Assembly: GCA_024704765.1 (NCBI GenBank)
Contig: JAKMXF010000222.1
Span: forward strand, 1,281,192 to 1,345,191
From: Oopsacas minuta
Taxonomy: Eukaryota > Animalia > Porifera
Direction of reading: 5' to 3'
Length of the DNA: 64,000 nt
Shown: positions 57,876 through 64,000 of the stretch, piece after piece
How positions within the stretch are numbered: position 1 is the first letter of the stretch
Layout: every line of letters starts with the position of its first letter
Position numbers and translations under genes: made by a program
Notes under the pieces: generated by a model
What the model was told of the DNA's origin: nothing
Seen by the model: the letters and a program-made list of their open reading frames with translations, nothing else
The model's database searches: none

Positions 57876-58490
57876 ACGGCCCAGCGAGTAACTTAATTTG
57901 TGGGACAGGAATATTATTTTAAGTTCGACTAATTTTCCGTGAATCCTTTCGTAATCAGGGCAATGATCTTTTGAAATTTACGTAAGTTACATTACTTACA
58001 TACAATATTCCATATACGTACGTATATTCAGCACTAAGGGACTTTCTACAATGTTCCAGACCGTTGCAGCATTTGAATAGTAGTAGTGGTGATATATATA
58101 CTATTATTTTCAATAAGAAAGGATATAAAGGGCCTAGCCGATATATTCTTATATCGGTACTCTTCTCATACAAAATGATAGGGGAAAAGATAATTACTAG
58201 CAGAAATGTTTCTTATAACCGATATATTCTATGTTCTTACTGTACGTATATTGTTTAGTGGATTAAACTTTCTTAACACGCTTAAATATGTAAATATGTA
58301 TGTTTGCTTTTCGATTTCGATTTCGATTTGGATGATGAGAACTGTTTGCTTTCTAACCCGTCAATCCTTATGCATATGTTCAAACCTTGTTTGGTAGATT
58401 GCAACCTTTATATTGTTTATTTATACTTTCCTTTATTAATATCATATTAATTACTAGTTAGTTAATTTTACAATATATTTATACACTCAC

Positions 58491-58889
58491 ATGATTACTG
58501 CTCGATATGGATCTCAATCTGTTTCCGATCTCGACTTTTTTGAGAAGCGATTGTGCGATATTATTCAGAGGCACAAGAATATAGCTATTATATGGAAGTT
58601 ATTTTCATTTGCAAGTATCCTCTCTTTCGCTGTTACCATTTATTTTTATCTCGAATTTGAGCGTGTTCCTTTCTGCACCCTTTTTGATCATTTATATCAA
58701 CTGAAATGGCCAATTTTATCTATTCTGTTAAATATATTGTTATATTATTATGGAGGGATTACGAGATTGAAATCACACGATATTATTATCCAGCGGTGCA
58801 GGAATGTATTATATAACTACAGATTAGAATCTGTAAGTAACGATACATTTCTTAAAAGTTATCCATATTTGCATTTATTATGTATTTGA
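58491..58889 (+). CDS. CNEP1R1: CTD nuclear envelope phosphatase regulatory subunit (CNEP1R1/TMEM188/Spo7-like); 3' end uncertain (possible donor at 58833)
   Basis: DLDFFEKRL..II, two TM segments, and IIIQRCRNVLYNY matching DLKAFERRL...IIAARCRTVLAEY. Confidence 0.8.
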   Translation: MITARYGSQSVSDLDFFEKRLCDIIQRHKNIAIIWKLFSFASILSFAVTIYFYLEFERVPFCTLFDHLYQLKWPILSILLNILLYYYGGITRLKSHDIIIQRCRNVLYNYRLESVSNDTFLKSYPYLHLLCI

Positions 58890-59488
58890 GTCTAACTTGT
58901 CGTATTATTGCTGAATCAGTGCGTCTTTGTACTTCTACAAGTTATATTTGTTCACATGAATTATTATATGTCTTATCTATACAGAGGTGATCAACCTGGG
59001 CCCACGGAGCCTTAAATGATTATTACAAATATGGATTACAGCCAGGGGCGCTTAATGTGAACCAGTTTATTATCAGCATTCTACCATTATGAATCAAGTC
59101 GGCGGTCGCAATAATATAATCTCCATGGGATGATAAATTCAGTTTGCTCAATATGAATTCTTTTTATTACAATACTCTCAACAAATTACATAGTATGTTG
59201 GTGATAGCCACCAAAATGCCCAACATTGTGGCTTACTTAAGCTACACAAAACATTTCAGACTGAGCTCATGATCTCCATTGAAGGCAAATTTGAGGAATA
59301 TATTATCATCAATTGTTGATTTGTAGACTTTTAGTCATTTCGTATTTTTTGCATATGTAGAAATTATGTATAATTTTAGGTTACACTCTTTCTTTTCTAG
59401 CTACCTGCATAAAAATTCCAATTAAATAGCCTCAAAAATAAAAATCACATTACTTAACAAATTTAAGTATATACTTGTAGTGTTAGAT

Positions 59489-60568
59489 ATGACGGTACAG
59501 TGTAAGTACTGCGAGAAGAGAGCACAGCTTAAGCGACCCAAGACGGGCCACGCTGTGTGTAAGAGTTGTTTCTGCTCGATTTTCGAGGAGGAGGTCCACC
59601 AGGTGATCACTGAGTACGGGTTATTCAGAAAAGGAGATGTAGTGGGTATAGGCGCATCAGGAGGTAAGGACTCTACTGTACTAGCTTATGTATTGAATGA
59701 GTTGAATAAGAGGCATTCATACGGACTGAAATTGCATCTGGTATCTGTAGATGAGGGGATTACAGGGTATAGAGACGATTCTCTCCAGTCAGTCAAGAGG
59801 AACGAGTCAGAGTATGCTATTCCTCTCACTGTTGTATCATATAAGGAATTGTATGGATGGACTATGGATGAGATTGTGAAAGAGATCGGCAGAAGGAATA
59901 ACTGTACTTTTTGTGGAGTTTTCCGTAGACAGGCTCTTGACCGTGCTGCCCTCAAACTCCATGTTAACAAGCTAGTCACTGGTCATAATGCAGACGACAT
60001 AGCTGAGACCGTAATAATGAACACACTTCGTGGAGATATAGCACGCTTGCAGAGATGTACGAATATAGTTACAGGTTCTGAGAGTCTTGAGGAAGGGGAT
60101 TTAGTGCCTAGATGTAAACCTTTCAAATTTGTGTATGAGAAAGAAATAGTATTGTATGCATATCATAAGAAGCTAGACTATTTCTCTACAGAATGTATAT
60201 ACTCTCCTAATGCTTATAGAGGATATGCTCGTTCTTATATCAAAGATCTAGAGAGAGTACATCCACATGCTATCATAGATATTATACAGTCTGGAGACCA
60301 TATGACAGCTCGTGTTGATGCTAAGATGCCTACGCGAATAGAATGCACTCGTTGTCACTACATATCATCTCAAATACTGTGTAAAGCTTGTATTCTCCTA
60401 GATGGACTTAATTCAGGTAAACCCAGACTGAGTCTGACAAAAGCATCTAGACCTCTAGCAGTCAGTAAGGAAGTATGTAGCAAGAAGGATAAAGTTTCTA
60501 AAGGCAAAGAATGTTCTGGAAGTTGTGGATGTGCTGAAATTCAAGGAAATGATATTAACTATTTCTAA
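59489..60568 (+). CDS. CTU1: Cytoplasmic tRNA 2-thiolation protein 1 (CTU1/Ncs6)
   Basis: [60 protein letters not shown], and terminal CxxC motifs. Confidence 0.96.
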   Translation: MTVQCKYCEKRAQLKRPKTGHAVCKSCFCSIFEEEVHQVITEYGLFRKGDVVGIGASGGKDSTVLAYVLNELNKRHSYGLKLHLVSVDEGITGYRDDSLQSVKRNESEYAIPLTVVSYKELYGWTMDEIVKEIGRRNNCTFCGVFRRQALDRAALKLHVNKLVTGHNADDIAETVIMNTLRGDIARLQRCTNIVTGSESLEEGDLVPRCKPFKFVYEKEIVLYAYHKKLDYFSTECIYSPNAYRGYARSYIKDLERVHPHAIIDIIQSGDHMTARVDAKMPTRIECTRCHYISSQILCKACILLDGLNSGKPRLSLTKASRPLAVSKEVCSKKDKVSKGKECSGSCGCAEIQGNDINYF

Positions 60569-60828
60569 CCATGCATGTTAGTACTGTATGGCATTCAGAA
60601 TATCGGAAGAAATACAAAATGGGAAATAAGCTGTTAGAAGCTAGTTCAGCAGAGCTCTCTACTACATGAAACTACGTAATTGCGGTCAACTATTTCTACA
60701 TGGGGTTTGTTTTATACTTATATCTGCATGTATTAATTCAGTCATTTGAATATTTGTATACTTGGTTATTATCTCTTCATCAATTCTTACTATTATTACC
60801 ATTCATGAAATAGATACACGGTAATACA

Positions 60829-61384
60829 TCTATATATTAAATCTCAATTGTTGTTTGTCTGTTTGTCAAGGAAATGATTTACTGTATGCAATTTTGAAAT
60901 TGTCGCATAACTATGTATTTATCGTGTTTATCAAGGAAGTAAATAGAATTCAATAAAACTTCGCTAAATATATCGAACATGCTGAATCCGATTTTCACAC
61001 TTGGATTAATCATATGTAAATTTATTGTTATTTTTATGAATATAAAGTAAACAAATTAGCCAAATTTCAAAATATACGTACAGGCTTGCTCTAAACGGCT
61101 AACCAGGGGTAACTAAGTACGCTAAATACGAATTTCGCATTTTCAAGTTTCTCATATGTAAATTTATTGTTGTTTTGATGAATATAAAGTAAACAAATTT
61201 CAAATTTGAGATAGAATCATACTTTCAACGACGATACTGGTATACTCGAGCATGCTGAGTCTGCATATTGTAAACAGCATCAATTTTAATAAATCTCAAT
61301 TGTTGTTTGTCTGTTTGTTTGTCCGTTGAATACCTCGAGGCGCAATGCGCCGAGTTCATCGCGAAGCGACGAGCCAAATGCTCG
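60829..61384 (+). mobile_element. Helitron family A, copy 5
   Basis: A|TCTATATATTAAATCTCAATTG...gcgacgagccaaatgCTCG|T. Confidence 0.88.
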
Positions 61385-61507
61385 TTATTAATAATAATAA
61401 TAATAATACATGTATTTTTTACTTTTTGTAATTGTTGATGTATTATACTAAATAATTGTATGAGATAGCTATTTGCTGTCTACTAGTAGTACGTATTCCT
61501 CCTTCAG

Positions 61508-61912
61508 ATGTCTCTGAGATATCTCATAAATTCATTAGTTTATACAAGATTCACATTCTCCAGAACTAATACAAGCTCGCTAATTAGAATGGCATCTAGC
61601 AATCAGCCAGGAGCAGGTAACACTTCTCAATGTCAATGTCCAACTGACGAAGACAGTCATTCAACTCTACTGACTGAGAATGCTAAGAGAGAGAAGAGAA
61701 TGCATTCTCTCCTCACAGAAGCATTGACTCCTATTGCAATACACATAGAAGATATGTCAGGAGGATGTGGTGCTATGTTTAGGATCAGTGTATGCTCAGA
61801 TAAGTTTAGAGGAAAGAAAATGCTAGAGCAACATAGGATGGTTAATACTATATTGAAGGAAGAGATCAAATCGATTCATGCTATTACTCTAGATACTAGT
61901 ATTCCTGAATGA
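61508..61912 (+). CDS. BOLA3: BolA-like protein 3 with a likely mitochondrial presequence
   Basis: IEDMSGGCGAMF.I.V.S..F.GK....QHRMVN..LKEEIK.IHA. Confidence 0.9.
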   Translation: MSLRYLINSLVYTRFTFSRTNTSSLIRMASSNQPGAGNTSQCQCPTDEDSHSTLLTENAKREKRMHSLLTEALTPIAIHIEDMSGGCGAMFRISVCSDKFRGKKMLEQHRMVNTILKEEIKSIHAITLDTSIPE

Positions 61913-61948
61913 TTAATTTATATATTCTTGTTGAATATTTCCGATAGA

Positions 61949-62112
61949 TTTATATTATCAAATCTCAATTGTTGTCTGTCTGTCTGTCTGATTATGGCAG
62001 TATCATGTTTGCTATGTTTAAGATTATGAGTTTATGTGCTCGAGAGCCGTAGGTCCGAGTGCGGAAACGAAGTGTTCGCAACCGCGTAGCGAGGGCAAGC
62101 GAAGCGAGCTAG
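61949..62112 (+). mobile_element. Short Helitron family B, copy 2
   Basis: Family-A-like 5' end; canonical 3' end gcaagcgaagcgagCTAG|T. Confidence 0.85.
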
Positions 62113-62300
62113 TAAATAATTAAAAAGTCGAATATTTTTTGGTCTACAGAATTTCCTTGAGGTCATATATAGGTTAATTAGTATATACCTTGTAGAATTG
62201 ATCTCCCCTGCACTGTTTAGGCTATTGAAGTGATTAACTATGTACGATTTAAATCATTTCGATTAGATATTATCGTTACTCAGAATAATACTACATGGTA

Positions 62301-62465
62301 CAGTGGATCCGAACCTTTTATTCCGAACAAAGGACAGTCAAATTTTGTTCGCTTTATTCGAATGTATTAACCGGAGTAATATGTATTGAATCCATTATAG
62401 GGTCCTGATTTTGTGTAAATATTTCATCGTCTTATCCGAGAATTCATATTAACGAGGTTCCACTG
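62301..62465. mobile_element. pogo/Tigger-like MITE
   Basis: TA|CAGTGGA...TCCACTG|TA; a related end lies at 13957 (caatggaacttcgttaatatgaa). Confidence 0.75.
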
Positions 62466-62692
62466 TACGTACGTATTACAATTGTTGCATTATAAGAAGA
62501 TAGGAATTTCTAACTAGCGACCTAGTTTGTAGGGAAGATTTGTATTTAGCAACCTAGGTTGCTGCTTAGAAACCGCCAAAATATATAATAAAATACAATA
62601 TGCTAAGATTTAGATATACTTGATTCAAAAGAAATAGACATTATAAATTGATTCGATTCTCCTAAATTCAAGTACGAATCAATCTGCAACAG

Positions 62693-64000
62693 ATGAACTG
62701 GTTAGTTGTACAAAAAGGCAATAATAACACTTTTCCAACTCTTGCTGATCGCAGCTTATTATCTCTTGTCAAATCAATTAAATTAAGTTATAATGCAAGC
62801 AGGGAAACAAAAGACTTACATGCTGAGGCAGTTAAGTACAGTAAGATTATAAAACCTAATGCCATTGATAGTTTTGGTAGTGTATCCAGAAAATACACTG
62901 AAAATTACCTTAATGTATTTGCACGAAAGTATCTCCCTCCACTCATGTATTGTGAGTACTATAAATATGCACTTATTCAGATTAAATACTATCTACAGAC
63001 GAACTTACTATCTGGTCATGGTCCTATTCCTCCTTGGATATCAGACAGACTTCTAGCTCATATTGTTACTGATGAAGAGTGTCCTAATGAATTCTTCAAA
63101 GGTTTTTTTTCATCTGAGGTCTGTTCCTTGTTAAATATAGAAATAACAAATCGAGCAAAACTTTCACTTTTGATTAATCGTCGACTATTATACCTGAGTG
63201 CTACTAACATAACCAAATTAGATCTATCACACTGTCACTGTATTGACGATACATTGATTGAATCATATTCTAAATCTAGAGCTGCTAACTCTTTGATAGT
63301 ATTAAAACTCAGAGGTTGTGAATTATTTACAAATATATCTTGTCTGGGTTCATTTGTGAATCTCTATCATCTTGATTTGAGTGAAAATTATAGCCTGAAT
63401 TTTAAAAGTAACAGCTCGTTTACTGAGATTCTCTACTCTTTGATACATTTATTCCCCAATATACTTATACTGGATCTTCATTTCACAAAATTCATTGCGA
63501 GAAATTGGGATATCCAAGTTCACTCGTCAGATGCTTGTTTGTTTTCAACCTTAAAAATTCAACAACTCTACCTGTACACTGATATAAGAAGTGAAGGGAT
63601 ACCTTGTACTCAAAATCTGAAGGTATTCTATAGTTCCATAACTAGTCTCCCAAGCCTCACACATCTAGATTTATCAGGATGGCCATATCTTAACCAGCTG
63701 AGTTCATTAATAACTTGTAGACAGATGAACAAATTGCTATTCTTTGGCACCTATAAAACATCTTTGACTGGAATCAGGTCTGAATTTGATTTGACAAATT
63801 GTGAGATAACTGGAATGAACGATGAAGAACAGATTATATCTACATTGTCCCATTATTCTCATCACAGTAATTACCTCAATGATTTATATAAAACATTGGA
63901 ATATCTAATACTACACCATTCATTAGTCAATCTTTCTGGTGAGACTATTCAGCAGTTAATTCGGCTAATTATTGCTTCAGTGGAGCATCATTTATCTGAG
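62693..64000 (+). CDS. ZYG11/ZER1-family LRR-ARM substrate receptor, 5' part (open to the window end; missing from the ORF track)
   Basis: My translation from ATG 62693 has no stop to 64000: MNWL...FPTLADRSLLSL (BC/VHL-box-like), LRRs (ITKLDLSHC, LYHLDLSEN, LTHLDLSGW), LLFFG and ITGMNDEEQIISTL..Y. Confidence 0.75.
   Translation, partial: MNWLVVQKGNNNTFPTLADRSLLSLVKSIKLSYNASRETKDLHAEAVKYSKIIKPNAIDSFGSVSRKYTENYLNVFARKYLPPLMYCEYYKYALIQIKYYLQTNLLSGHGPIPPWISDRLLAHIVTDEECPNEFFKGFFSSEVCSLLNIEITNRAKLSLLINRRLLYLSATNITKLDLSHCHCIDDTLIESYSKSRAANSLIVLKLRGCELFTNISCLGSFVNLYHLDLSENYSLNFKSNSSFTEILYSLIHLFPNILILDLHFTKFIARNWDIQVHSSDACLFSTLKIQQLYLYTDIRSEGIPCTQNLKVFYSSITSLPSLTHLDLSGWPYLNQLSSLITCRQMNKLLFFGTYKTSLTGIRSEFDLTNCEITGMNDEEQIISTLSHYSHHSNYLNDLYKTLEYLILHHSLVNLSGETIQQLIRLIIASVEHHLSE

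Noticed and set aside
46238-60568. TPRKB and CTU1 as a tRNA-modification gene cluster
   Set aside because: They are about 13 kb apart with unrelated genes between; this is expected by chance in gene-dense DNA.
62859-63056. 65-aa ORF in the ORF track
   Set aside because: Off-frame overlap of the long ZYG11/ZER1-like frame starting at 62693.
1-64000. Prokaryotic or symbiont origin, or tRNA/rRNA genes
   Set aside because: GT-AG introns, metazoan-specific genes and eukaryotic TEs are present throughout; no cloverleaf or rRNA-like segment was recognised by eye (tRNAscan-SE and barrnap were not run).

Overview
AT-rich, gene-dense eukaryotic (early-branching animal) genomic DNA. I recognise about 23 protein-coding loci, mostly on the + strand and mostly intronless: FGFR1OP2/SIKE-like (3' exons), FAM124, TMEM248, FBXO31-like, a TTLL10-like ligase with an N-terminal signal anchor, RBM12-like, DDX10 (5 exons), COA3, VPS9D1 (4 exons), a BAK-like Bcl-2 protein, three coiled-coil(-NHL) paralogues in different states of decay, POLE2, TPRKB, C11orf98-like, a peroxisomal choline/carnitine acyltransferase-family protein, a frameshifted GPI-type ependymin-like gene, a stand-alone saccharopine dehydrogenase, CNEP1R1, CTU1, BOLA3 and ZYG11/ZER1-like (runs off the window). 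Intergenic and intronic DNA holds many non-autonomous Helitrons, hAT, pogo-like and long-TIR MITEs, plus one full-length hAT element with an intact 772-aa transposase next to a 22-bp minisatellite. The gene set, intron paucity and coiled-coil/NHL expansion resemble a hexactinellid (glass) sponge such as Oopsacas; that is inference, not a database result. Top leads: (1) a putative secretory-pathway TTL-family ligase; (2) evenly spaced co-oriented genes with splice-acceptor-like sites just before the ATG, suggesting operons or SL trans-splicing; (3) an acyltransferase with a remodelled acceptor pocket; (4) a coiled-coil protein with a 5x SWAD/NPW tail; (5) a hAT element sitting in a palindromic minisatellite junction. 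All family assignments come from motif recognition by eye; no searches were run. No rRNA, tRNA or CRISPR array was recognised.
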